A stretch of DNA of 64,000 nucleotides from contig CAYHDV010000003.1 in NCBI GenBank assembly GCA_964355515.1, forward strand, positions 7,914 through 71,913, in the 5' to 3' direction. Below the pieces are notes generated by a model. It was given only the letters and a program-made list of their open reading frames with translations, was not told the origin of the DNA and did not search any database. The DNA comes from an uncultured Candidatus Saccharibacteria bacterium. Its GTDB lineage: Bacteria > Patescibacteriota > Minisyncoccia > Phycocordibacterales > CSBR16-119. Positions 9,217 to 17,686 of this stretch are shown one piece after another. The position numbers and the translations under genes are program-made. Position 1 is the first letter of the stretch. The number at the start of each line of letters is the position of its first letter.

Positions 9217-9885
9217 TTACCACTCAATCCTCTTCTCATCTCTCCCCTCCAAATACTCATTACACGTAGAGAAATGTTTGCACCCCAGAAATCCTGTGTA
9301 TGCAGAAAATGGTGATGGGTGTGGAGCTTCGAGGACGAGGTGTTTACTTGTGTCTATAAGCGACTTTTTACTTCGAGCAAAATTCCCCCACAACATAAAA
9401 ACCACCCCTTCTCTCTCGTCAGAAATTGTTTTGATGACTGTATCTGTAAAATCTTCCCAGCCATGCCCTCTGTGTGATGCTGGCTGGCCAGAACTCACAG
9501 ACATAATAGCATTCAAGAGAAAAACCCCTTGTCTTCCCCATTCCTCCAAATTACCTTTCGTCACATCTTTTTTAATTCCCAAATCACTTTCAATTTCCTT
9601 ATAAATATTTTTAAGAGATGGTGGCGGAGTGACTCCATCTGGCACAGAAAAACAAAGTCCATGTGCCTGTCCCTCTCCATGATACGGGTCCTGACCAAGT
9701 ATCACCACTTTTACATTATCAAATGGTGTGAACTCAAAAGCCTTGAATAATTCCTCATGTTTTGGATACACAGTCTTTGTTTTGTATTCACTCTGGATAT
9801 ATTGAGAAAGATTTGCCCATGTCTCCGACTGGAAAAACTCCCCCAATCTCCCCTTCCAGCTTTTTTCTATACCAATCTCTTGCAT
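9217..9885 (-). CDS. ung: Uracil-DNA glycosylase (family 1)
   Basis: VVILGQDPYH, GVFLLN and HPSP motifs. 222 aa. Confidence 0.9.
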   Translation of the reverse strand: MQEIGIEKSWKGRLGEFFQSETWANLSQYIQSEYKTKTVYPKHEELFKAFEFTPFDNVKVVILGQDPYHGEGQAHGLCFSVPDGVTPPPSLKNIYKEIESDLGIKKDVTKGNLEEWGRQGVFLLNAIMSVSSGQPASHRGHGWEDFTDTVIKTISDEREGVVFMLWGNFARSKKSLIDTSKHLVLEAPHPSPFSAYTGFLGCKHFSTCNEYLEGRDEKRIEW

Positions 9886-10099
9886 GTGGTAAGTATAACA
9901 AAAAACCTCTTCCCGAGGTTTTTTGTTATAGCCTTAATGGTCTTTCTATTTGTCCGTTACTTAGTCGGGGCTCGGATTATTTTTCTGCGGAATATTTCAT
10001 ATTCCGCTTTATTAAAAAAATAATCCCAGAGTCACTCCGCTACGCGCCACGGAGCAGGAGTATTTGCTCCGGCTTGATTCCTCTAAATTAGTCACTAGG

Positions 10100-10172
10100 T
10101 CGGAGTGCCGGGATTCGAACCCGGAGTCACTCGTACCCAAAACGAGCATGTTAGCCGTTACACCACACTCCG
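10100..10172 (-). tRNA. tRNA-Pro (anticodon UGG)
   Basis: Minus-strand cloverleaf. Acceptor cggagtg/cactccg, D gtgt/acat, anticodon arm ctcgt-tttgggt-acgag, T-arm ccggg-ttcgaat-cccgg. Confidence 0.8.
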
Positions 10173-10202
10173 ACCTAAGGACCAATTTAATTTAGAGAGA
10201 AC

Positions 10203-10240
10203 CTTCGCCCCAAAACAAGCATGCCAGCTGTTACACAATG
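10203..10240 (-). pseudogene. Partial degenerate duplicate of the tRNA-Pro 5' half
   Basis: cgccccaaaacaagcatgccagctgttacacaa versus cgtacccaaaacgagcatgttagccgttacacca, about 80% identical. Confidence 0.4.
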
Positions 10241-10296
10241 CTTTATCGCATATGAAACCCCATTATCTTATCATAATCTATAAGAAATACAATTGA

Positions 10297-10320
10297 AAAG
10301 GGGCTGAACGCCCCTTTTTT
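10297..10320. terminator. Bidirectional terminator hairpin
   Basis: aaaaggggc-tgaac-gcccctttttt. Confidence 0.7.
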
Positions 10321-10516
10321 AAAACTGGATATCCGTGTCATCATGTGGCTCAGGGTCACCTGAAGTAGTATCAAACGAATCCCCATCATCTACATCGAGG
10401 TAGTTTTCTCTTTGGCCATCCTGATTGTGCGAAGATCTATCGATTTTCCCTTGATCATGTTCTCCGTTGGTTTGGAAAATTGAAAATCCTCTTTTCTCTT
10501 TTGGATCTAAACTCAT
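10319..10516 (-). CDS. Small acidic hypothetical protein (65 aa)
   Basis: ORF only. D/E-rich. No homology recognised. Confidence 0.3.
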   Translation of the reverse strand: MSLDPKEKRGFSIFQTNGEHDQGKIDRSSHNQDGQRENYLDVDDGDSFDTTSGDPEPHDDTDIQF

Positions 10517-10546
10517 TTTTTTGAACTATTTTACATTTAGTATATC

Positions 10547-10927
10547 CTAAATACTCAATATTTCAACTTTTGCAGTTTTTTCTTCTTGATTTATTAGGAC
10601 GGATAACAATTTTATCTCTGTTTCACATGAAACATCATTATTCATAATATACATCTCAACAGCCTTCAAAAATCTTTCAATTTTCTTTGGGTGCATGTTT
10701 TCCGCAGGATTATATGTTTCATGTGAAACATCAAGCTTTTTTATACTACTTTTTACTTCAAAAAAATAAATAATTTTAGATTTTTTGGCAATTATGTCTA
10801 TTTCTCCTTGTTTTAAGGTAAAATTTCTCTCAATAATAGAAAAACCTTTACTTTTTAAATACCTAACAGCCAAATTTTCGCCCAATTCCCCTATTTGTTG
10901 AGTTTTTGATGTAAATACTCTAATCAT
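10547..10927 (-). CDS. yraN: YraN/UPF0102-family endonuclease
   Basis: GELGENLAVRYLKSKGFSIIERNF...GEIDIIAKK...FFEVK, the classic YraN N-terminal and PD-(D/E)xK-like pattern. Confidence 0.8.
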   Translation of the reverse strand: MIRVFTSKTQQIGELGENLAVRYLKSKGFSIIERNFTLKQGEIDIIAKKSKIIYFFEVKSSIKKLDVSHETYNPAENMHPKKIERFLKAVEMYIMNNDVSCETEIKLLSVLINQEEKTAKVEILSI

Positions 10928-10933
10928 ACAAAT

Positions 10934-10957
10934 TACTTAGAGGTTCAACCTCTAAGT
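10934..10957. repeat. REP-like palindrome cttagaggttCaacctctaag, abutting the RAYT stop codon
   Basis: 8-bp stem cttagagg/cctctaag with a 5-nt loop. The same element sits at 11406, 11615 and 11751. Confidence 0.7.
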
Positions 10958-10958
10958 C

Positions 10959-11597
10959 TTAGTCCAGCAAAAGATTGTCTAGTTTTTTGTCTTCCTGTCG
11001 CCTTTCTGCAATGGCATGCACAAGACCAAGGCTATTTTCTCGATAGTCTTCACTATTTTGGTATTGTCCTAGAATAATATCTGGATGTACGAGCTTTTTA
11101 GATGTTTCATGTGAAACATATTCAGGCCAACTGGATACATATAAATCCCCTTCTCCAAGGCCATGAACCATATAATTCAGGTTTACATATGCTCCAAGGT
11201 AAAGTAAATATTCGTTTGTGGCAATATGTTTCACTTTATATCGTCCCTGAAAAAGTGACCCCGATCGTTCATATTTATCGTTAAAGTACATAGTATATCC
11301 TGTGCCAACCTTCTGCATAAACTTTTCGATACCACCTTCAACAAGTGGTGTTAAAATCATATGAAAATGGTTTGGGTTTAAACAAAAGGCTACAATCTCA
11401 ACCAACTTAGAGGTTGAACCTCTAAGTTTTCCATACTTCATCACATGCAATCCACCAAATGAGTCAATTGTATTTAATTTGTTTAAATGCCGAAGAAAAA
11501 CCTTCAAATCTTCTTTGTCTTGGAATACCGTTCGTTTATCTACACCGCGATTGTATACATGGTAGTATTCTCCAGGCATAAGTGATATACGTTTCAT
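10959..11597 (-). CDS. IS200-like Y1 (HUH) transposase / REP-associated tyrosine transposase (RAYT)
   Basis: YHVYNRG N-terminal block, HuH motif (NPNHFHMIL) and catalytic Tyr context (QGRYKVKHI). Flanked by REP-like palindromes. Confidence 0.8.
   Translation of the reverse strand: MKRISLMPGEYYHVYNRGVDKRTVFQDKEDLKVFLRHLNKLNTIDSFGGLHVMKYGKLRGSTSKLVEIVAFCLNPNHFHMILTPLVEGGIEKFMQKVGTGYTMYFNDKYERSGSLFQGRYKVKHIATNEYLLYLGAYVNLNYMVHGLGEGDLYVSSWPEYVSHETSKKLVHPDIILGQYQNSEDYRENSLGLVHAIAERRQEDKKLDNLLLD
11406..11426. repeat. REP-like palindrome inside the RAYT ORF (in-frame, encodes KLRGSTSKL)
   Basis: Exact copy cttagaggttgaacctctaag within the coding sequence, between the N-terminal block and the HuH motif. 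Confidence 0.7.
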
Positions 11598-11614
11598 ATG
11601 AAACAGTGTAGCAC

Positions 11615-11635
11615 TTAGAGGTTGAACCTCTAAGT
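11615..11635. repeat. REP-like palindrome 18 bp upstream of the RAYT start
   Basis: Exact copy. Confidence 0.7.
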
Positions 11636-11750
11636 AAAGTCTCTTAAACTTGTTAATAACTAAGGTTTTTATTTTATAAAAGACTTTCTCTAATTATAAA
11701 AGACTGTCCTTTATCCACGTTACACCCAAGCTTTTCCACAGAATAAAGGA

Positions 11751-11771
11751 CTTAGAGGTTGAACCTCTAAG
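11751..11771. repeat. REP-like palindrome
   Basis: Exact copy between the RAYT and tRNA-Arg. Confidence 0.7.
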
Positions 11772-11898
11772 TCATCACCGGGCTGATTGAGGCTCTACTT
11801 ACGCCATTCTTCTGGCAGTTCATCCTTATAGTATCCCTTGATACCAGTAAAAAACAAAGAAAACCCACTGCTTTTGCAGTAGGTTTTCTTTGTTTTTG

Positions 11899-11970
11899 TG
11901 CACCCGGAGGGATTCGAACCCCCAACGACGGTTCCGAAGACCGGTATGATATCCATTTCACTACGAGTGC
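11899..11970 (-). tRNA. tRNA-Arg (anticodon UCG)
   Basis: Minus-strand cloverleaf. Acceptor gcactcg/cgggtgc (one G-U), D gtga/tcat, anticodon loop cttcgga, T-arm ggggg-ttcgaat-ccctc. Terminator hairpin downstream. Confidence 0.7.
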
Positions 11971-12141
11971 ATTTTCTTTTTGATTTGCTTGATATCTCAA
12001 GAATAATCCTTATTCTTACATAGTTTCACATGAAACAGTTATGTACCAACAAAACAATACGAGAATTGTACGATATATCCCCAAATAAAGCAATATTTTT
12101 CTATAAAAGCTGATATAATAAAAGAGTTAATAATTAAATAT

Positions 12142-13716
12142 GTGAATATGTACCAAAGGGGCACTATCAAAGAGTTCGAATCTCTATATCCACACAATAA
12201 ATCAATGCAAACAATGCATTTCCATATACCAGAAGAAGTGATAAAGGCTACAAAAACCCTAAAAGATAGGGGCTTTGAGGCATATCTTGTGGGTGGCTGT
12301 GTGAGAGATCTATTAACAGAGAAAAAACCAAAGGACTGGGATATTGCAACCAATGCAAAACCCGAGGAAATACAAGCTTTGTTCGTAAAAACAGTCTATG
12401 AAAATAACTTCGGGACAGTGGCTGTTGTAAATGAAGAGCTGGGGCTGGATGATCCACTGCGGGTTATAGAGATAACCCCATATAGAACAGAGAGCAACTA
12501 CAGCAACAACCGCCATCCAGACTCGGTGTCTTTTAGTGAAAATCTAGAAGAGGATCTAAAGAGACGAGACTTCACCATGAACGCAATAGCCGTTGAAATT
12601 AAAGGGTTTATAAAAGACATTGATAAAGGACATGAGGTGATTATAAACGACATGTATGGTGGTATAAAGGACATTCAGAGACAAGTCATAAAAGCGGTAG
12701 GGAATGCGGATGAAAGATTCAAGGAAGATGCACTCCGAATTATGCGGGCTATCCGGTTTTCTTCACAGCTTGGTTTCATGGCAGATTCAGAAGTTATGGA
12801 AGCTATGGGGAAAAACAAAGAACTCCTAGCCAATATCTCCCACGAAAGAATCCGGGATGAGCTAATCAAAATAATAAATTCAGATGACCCAATGATAGCG
12901 TTCGTCACTATGCAAAAACTAGGAATCCTACCCTATGTCATACCTGAACTTGAAGAAACAATAAAAATAGAGCAAGGAGGCGAACATATCTATGATGTGT
13001 GGGAACACTCACTTCGAGCTCTCCAAAATGGGGCAGACAAGAAATATGCGTTTCATGTGAGACTCGCGTCGCTCCTTCACGATATAGGGAAGCCAAGGAC
13101 AAGAAGGCCAGATCCACAGGGAAAAGGTTGGACTTTCTACAACCATGAAGTGGTGGGGGCAAAAATGGCAAAAAAGATACTTGAGAGGCTCAACTTTTCA
13201 CGTGAAACAATAAGCACTATTGTTTCACTCGTACGGTGGCACATGTTTTTCTCTGATCCTGATCAAATCACCCTCTCTGCTGTAAGACGACTTATCCGAA
13301 ATGTGGGACCTGAGCTGGTATGGGACTTGATGGATGTCCGGCGTTGTGACCGAATAGGTATGGGACGACCAAAAGAATCTCCATACAGACTAAGGAAATT
13401 TGAATCAATGATAGAAGAAGTAAGTCGAGACCCCGTGTCTGTAAAGCAACTTAAACTCAATGGAGATATCATGATTGCAGAGCTTGGTATGAAACCCGGA
13501 AGGGAAATCGGCTGGATACTGCATGCGCTGCTAGAAGAGGTCCTGGATGACCCAAACAAAAACGAGCTTGAATATCAAAAAGAGCGAGCACTCGAGCTCT
13601 CCAAACTACCGCAAGATGCACTAAGAGAACTAGGCGAAGCAGGGAAGGAAGCCACAGAAGAAGCCGAAGAAGCCGAGCTGAAAGAAATTCGTAAGAAGCA
13701 TAAGGTGGGGAAATAG
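12142..13716 (+). CDS. cca: CCA-adding tRNA nucleotidyltransferase with HD domain and E/K-rich C-terminal tail
   Basis: GGCVRDLLTEKKPKDWDIATNAKPEE head domain. HD motif LLHDIGK. 524 aa. Confidence 0.85.
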   Translation: MNMYQRGTIKEFESLYPHNKSMQTMHFHIPEEVIKATKTLKDRGFEAYLVGGCVRDLLTEKKPKDWDIATNAKPEEIQALFVKTVYENNFGTVAVVNEELGLDDPLRVIEITPYRTESNYSNNRHPDSVSFSENLEEDLKRRDFTMNAIAVEIKGFIKDIDKGHEVIINDMYGGIKDIQRQVIKAVGNADERFKEDALRIMRAIRFSSQLGFMADSEVMEAMGKNKELLANISHERIRDELIKIINSDDPMIAFVTMQKLGILPYVIPELEETIKIEQGGEHIYDVWEHSLRALQNGADKKYAFHVRLASLLHDIGKPRTRRPDPQGKGWTFYNHEVVGAKMAKKILERLNFSRETISTIVSLVRWHMFFSDPDQITLSAVRRLIRNVGPELVWDLMDVRRCDRIGMGRPKESPYRLRKFESMIEEVSRDPVSVKQLKLNGDIMIAELGMKPGREIGWILHALLEEVLDDPNKNELEYQKERALELSKLPQDALRELGEAGKEATEEAEEAELKEIRKKHKVGK

Positions 13717-13727
13717 GAGATATACAT

Positions 13728-13757
13728 AAAAAAGCCTGCGGATAGCAGGTTTTTTTA
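13728..13757 (+). terminator. Terminator after cca
   Basis: aaaaagcctgc-ggata-gcaggttttttt. Confidence 0.7.
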
Positions 13758-13763
13758 CTGTTA

Positions 13764-14552
13764 TTAATATATTCCCGTCTCCTTACTCCATTTATCATAG
13801 AGAAGTTTGTTGTTCTCATAGTAGCCCTGAATAAATGATCCTGAGTATTTAATAATATCAATTTCATTATATCCTTTTGACATAGTAGTTATTTGATCTG
13901 AAGATTGAGTTACAACGTCTTTTGGAGATAGCCAATCCTTGGTGTCAGCTTTTGGTCGAACAGACAGGGCTGATTTTGTTATTGTTGATGTAATATTCAC
14001 AGAAAGACCAGAAAACCAATCGGGGAATCTTCCTACATATGATCTCACATATTCTCGTAGAATAAACTTGGCTTCACAGAACGGTTCAATAACAAAAGGT
14101 GTATATCTATCAGAAACCCCTGCAATAATAACAACCTTTAACTTAATATTATTTTCTTCAATATTGAACACTGATATTTTTGAGACCAAATACCTCAGTA
14201 GATACTTAAACGAATTAACATTTGTATCGTAGATATCCTCATCGATAGTTTTCATTGGCTTAATATCTGGGTAACCACGCGGATTAAATTTATCTGAACC
14301 AATAGTGTGCAAATAGACAATCTGATTATATTCTTTCAGGTTTATTCTGGAAAAAACAATTTCTATGTTTTTTATACTTCTTAGATCACACGTAACACTT
14401 TCAAACAGATTGGAATCGACCCCTTCAACTCTTTTATTTCTAATTACTCCAATAGTGTTTAGACCTTTTTCGATGAAGGCTTTTACATACTCTGTTCCTA
14501 TTTCTCCAGCGGCACCAGCTATGATAACTAAAGTTTTTTTATTTTTGTTCAT
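13764..14552 (-). CDS. NAD(P)-binding Rossmann-fold protein (atypical SDR/epimerase-like)
   Basis: N-terminal glycine-rich loop LVIIAGAAGEIGTEY. No canonical YxxxK seen. Confidence 0.45.
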   Translation of the reverse strand: MNKNKKTLVIIAGAAGEIGTEYVKAFIEKGLNTIGVIRNKRVEGVDSNLFESVTCDLRSIKNIEIVFSRINLKEYNQIVYLHTIGSDKFNPRGYPDIKPMKTIDEDIYDTNVNSFKYLLRYLVSKISVFNIEENNIKLKVVIIAGVSDRYTPFVIEPFCEAKFILREYVRSYVGRFPDWFSGLSVNITSTITKSALSVRPKADTKDWLSPKDVVTQSSDQITTMSKGYNEIDIIKYSGSFIQGYYENNKLLYDKWSKETGIY

Positions 14553-15115
14553 ATTTATATATTCAGTTTAATAATGTATGGTATTCATTTCACATTTTCA
14601 AAGCACTTCAGTAAAGAAATGATCTGAAAAATAGAGGAGAGTGGGCAAAGCCCCTCTCCTGGTTAATATTATTTATCCGCTAAGCCTTGCATAGAGACGC
14701 CTTCTACCGGAAGAGTCCAATAAAATCTTTGCCTCGTACGCAAGAATTCTTCCACCTATTCCGAGACGCATAAATCCTACATCAAGCATGCAGTCGCTCT
14801 TACGCTCAAACTCAACACAGAATTATCAAGTTCAAAACCAGAATCCTCAATAATTAAGTGGAAACCCTGACAAAACTCATCACTTTCAGTGGTGGCACTC
14901 TCTAAGGGTGAGATTGTTAAACTTTCTGAGAATCGGACAGTTTTGATAGCTTGCTCACTATTGTCTCCATAATTATTACCTATGTAGATTTTCATATCTT
15001 TGTTTTTTTAAGTTCATATTTGTTTAACAACATAATACACTAAAGGTCAAATACTTTCATCAAACAAGGCTTTATGGTATACTTTTTAAACTAAAGGTTT
15101 AATTATCTATATGAA

Positions 15116-15946
15116 ATGAACCCATTTGATCACACAATTGAGTCAAAAATTATTCAAAAACTCCATAAGGGGGCTCTTTCTAGTGCTCGACTAGTTCAAG
15201 AGATCAAGGAAGAGCAAGGGGTAACAAAACAAGCTGTATATAAGGAGCTACGAAAATTGCGAAAAAGAGAAATGGTGGTGGCTCATGGGAAAATACTCAG
15301 CCTATCCGTTCTTTGGCTACAAAAAATGTCTTCATTTTTTTTAGAAACTCACGATCTGTATTCAGGAGAAAGTACCTCTGAGCCATATCTTCAGATGGAG
15401 GATGGAGATAGCTTGGTGTATAGATTCTCTAACCCAGACACCATGGACTCCTTTTGGGGTCATGCGGTACTTATATTGTCTGGGAAAATGAGTGAGGGGG
15501 ATTACGCGTATCTATACAACCCGCATGAGTGGTTCCTGGCAGCAAGACCTGAGTCAGAGTTAGAGATCTTTAGACTTATACATGAAAGTAAGAAAAACCT
15601 TGTTATATATGTAGCAGGGGAAACGGATCTTGATAAGAAGCTCGGGAACCTACTCATTCAGGAGTCTCAGCAGTACTTTGCGGGTGGAATATACTTATTC
15701 GAGAAGGAAAATTACTATATAAACATTTTTAATGATTTTATTATAGAGGTTTGGATAGACCCATCAACTGCAGGGAAAATAGAGTCTTTTTTCCAACAGG
15801 AAAAAGAAGTCACAGCCTACGGGATGGATACACTTCAGCATGTTATTTCACAGACAGGAAAGAATAAATTTAAAATATCAAAAAACAAAAAAAGAGCTGA
15901 TCAACTAAAAAGAAAAATAGGAAAATATTTCCAAATAAAAAAATAA
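15116..15946 (+). CDS. Winged-helix domain protein (putative regulator)
   Basis: N-terminal HTH-like segment (LSSARLVQEIKEEQGVTKQAVYKELRKLRKREMV). Same architecture as the 3513..4337 product. Confidence 0.5.
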   Translation: MNPFDHTIESKIIQKLHKGALSSARLVQEIKEEQGVTKQAVYKELRKLRKREMVVAHGKILSLSVLWLQKMSSFFLETHDLYSGESTSEPYLQMEDGDSLVYRFSNPDTMDSFWGHAVLILSGKMSEGDYAYLYNPHEWFLAARPESELEIFRLIHESKKNLVIYVAGETDLDKKLGNLLIQESQQYFAGGIYLFEKENYYINIFNDFIIEVWIDPSTAGKIESFFQQEKEVTAYGMDTLQHVISQTGKNKFKISKNKKRADQLKRKIGKYFQIKK

Positions 15947-16299
15947 AAAAGCCCACTAACGTGTGAGCTTTTGGTGGGTTTAGGGTAAACCCTTGTTGTT
16001 GGGGGGCCTCGGCCGAGGCCCCCCTTACACCTGCAGATAAATCCTGCAAGTGGAATTATCAAATGATGAAACTGGAACAACTTATCCTGCGAAGTTTTTT
16101 GTACTAATTCTGTTTTGCAAGAATCATTCAAAATGGCTTCAAATAAGAAAGTGCGATCTTTGAAAGAAGTTTCTATGGCGACCCGATCAATCGGCCGTAC
16201 TTCTTCAAACAAGAGAATCTCACCATGGTGATTGATTTCTCGTGCCAGCATGCAGGAAATAAAGCCTTCGCATCCCATACCGATTAAGATTATATCCAT
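15901..16299 (-). CDS. Hypothetical ORF (132 aa), doubtful extent
   Basis: N-terminal 70 aa look protein-like. The 3' part reads through a 24-bp all-GC palindrome (ggggggcctcggccgaggcccccc) and overlaps the convergent gene, so the true gene may be shorter or absent. Confidence 0.25.
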   Translation of the reverse strand: MDIILIGMGCEGFISCMLAREINHHGEILLFEEVRPIDRVAIETSFKDRTFLFEAILNDSCKTELVQKTSQDKLFQFHHLIIPLAGFICRCKGGLGRGPPTTRVYPKPTKSSHVSGLFYFFIWKYFPIFLFS

Positions 16300-16812
16300 A
16301 TTGAGAACAATGTTTCAACAGAGAATACGCCCTTTGCAAAATAAAGTCAAGAATCCAAAAACTGTTTCTAGTTTAGGAATATTTACTCATCCAGCTAACC
16401 GTAACTTGCTTGATCTCTTGGAAGACATCCTCTGTTATTTCCACTGGTAATTGACGAATCAAGACCCAGCAAATCAAAACAAAAACTATTATTCCAGTAA
16501 TCACTTTTGGAAATATTCGTCCTCTTACTGTGCTGCTCTTATGCAGATGAGGGGGAATTACGTTTGACATGGCCCTATCGTATTTAGTTGTTTTTATTTA
16601 CTATAGAAAAAAATGGGAAAAATGCAATGGGGGGGTTGTTTAGAGAATGATGAGGCACGCCGAAGGCTCACCCCCTGATGGGATTTTGATAACTATCAAG
16701 GTCCGATCTCTCCTTAAGCCTGAGGATTAGGTGGGAAAATTCTGGATTGCTTCGTCGCGAACTCCTCGCAAAGACGGGCATTGTAACCTTTCTTCATTCT
16801 CCTTACTTATTT

Positions 16813-17604
16813 TTACTTCATCTCCAACACAATAGGACAGTGATCAGATCCCATGACTTCTGCTAAAATATTAGCCTTTTTTATTCTTGATTTTAATTTT
16901 TCAGAAACAAAAAAGTAATCTATCCGCCAGCCCACGTTTCGTTGTCTTGCTCCAGCAAAATGACTCCACCATGTATAGTGACCATTCCCCTCCGTAAACA
17001 TTCTAAAAGAATCCAGGAACCCAGCAGCGATAATCTCATCTGCCCCCTCGCGCTCTTCATTTGTAAAACCCTTTTTACCAACATTTGGCTTTGGTCTGGC
17101 TAGGTCGTCCTCTGTGTGAGCAACATTGAAGTCACCACACATTACAACGGGCTTTTTGTTTTCTAGATCATTGCAATGCTCCAAAAACGCGGGATCCCAA
17201 TTTTTGTATCTCATATTCAATCGCCCTAAATCATCTTTGGCATTTGGGGTATAAACACAAACCAAATAAAAGTCGTTGTATTCTGCTGTGATAACCCGAC
17301 CTTCCGCTGTTGTATCACCAAAAGAATCCTCAAGATTGTATTTTTTGTTTATTTTTTCATTAAAATCATGAAAGACTGAAAGTGGTTTTACTTTAGTAAA
17401 AATAGCTGTTCCACTGTATCCTTTCCGCTGTGCAGAATTCCAGTATTCTTCATACTCCGGCAAATCAAGGGGGGACTGATTTTCCTCTGCTTTTGTCTCT
17501 TGAAGGCAAATAATATCTGGCTTGTACTTTGATACAAAAGGTTCAAAAAACCCCTTTTTGTGAACTGCTCTTATCCCATTTACATTCCAAGAAATAATCT
17601 TCAT
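16813..17604 (-). CDS. xth: Exodeoxyribonuclease III / AP endonuclease
   Basis: MKIISWNVNGIRA...ICLQETK start and the C-terminal SDHCP motif of the EEP family. Confidence 0.9.
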   Translation of the reverse strand: MKIISWNVNGIRAVHKKGFFEPFVSKYKPDIICLQETKAEENQSPLDLPEYEEYWNSAQRKGYSGTAIFTKVKPLSVFHDFNEKINKKYNLEDSFGDTTAEGRVITAEYNDFYLVCVYTPNAKDDLGRLNMRYKNWDPAFLEHCNDLENKKPVVMCGDFNVAHTEDDLARPKPNVGKKGFTNEEREGADEIIAAGFLDSFRMFTEGNGHYTWWSHFAGARQRNVGWRIDYFFVSEKLKSRIKKANILAEVMGSDHCPIVLEMK

Positions 17605-17686
17605 GTGAGCTATTATATCATGAGCGTGCTCATTGACTTTTTATATTTATTATGCATAATTGGATTAAACAAATAAAAAAGAAAAA

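Noticed and set aside
9140-9604. 154-aa plus-strand ORF
   Set aside because: Antisense to the well-supported ung gene. No coding signal.
16728-16812. tmRNA 5' end (aattctggattgcttcgtcg resembles GAUUCUGGAUUCGAC)
   Set aside because: The similarity is short, and the would-be tmRNA body would run into the xth coding sequence. No tRNA-like 3' end or tag ORF was found.
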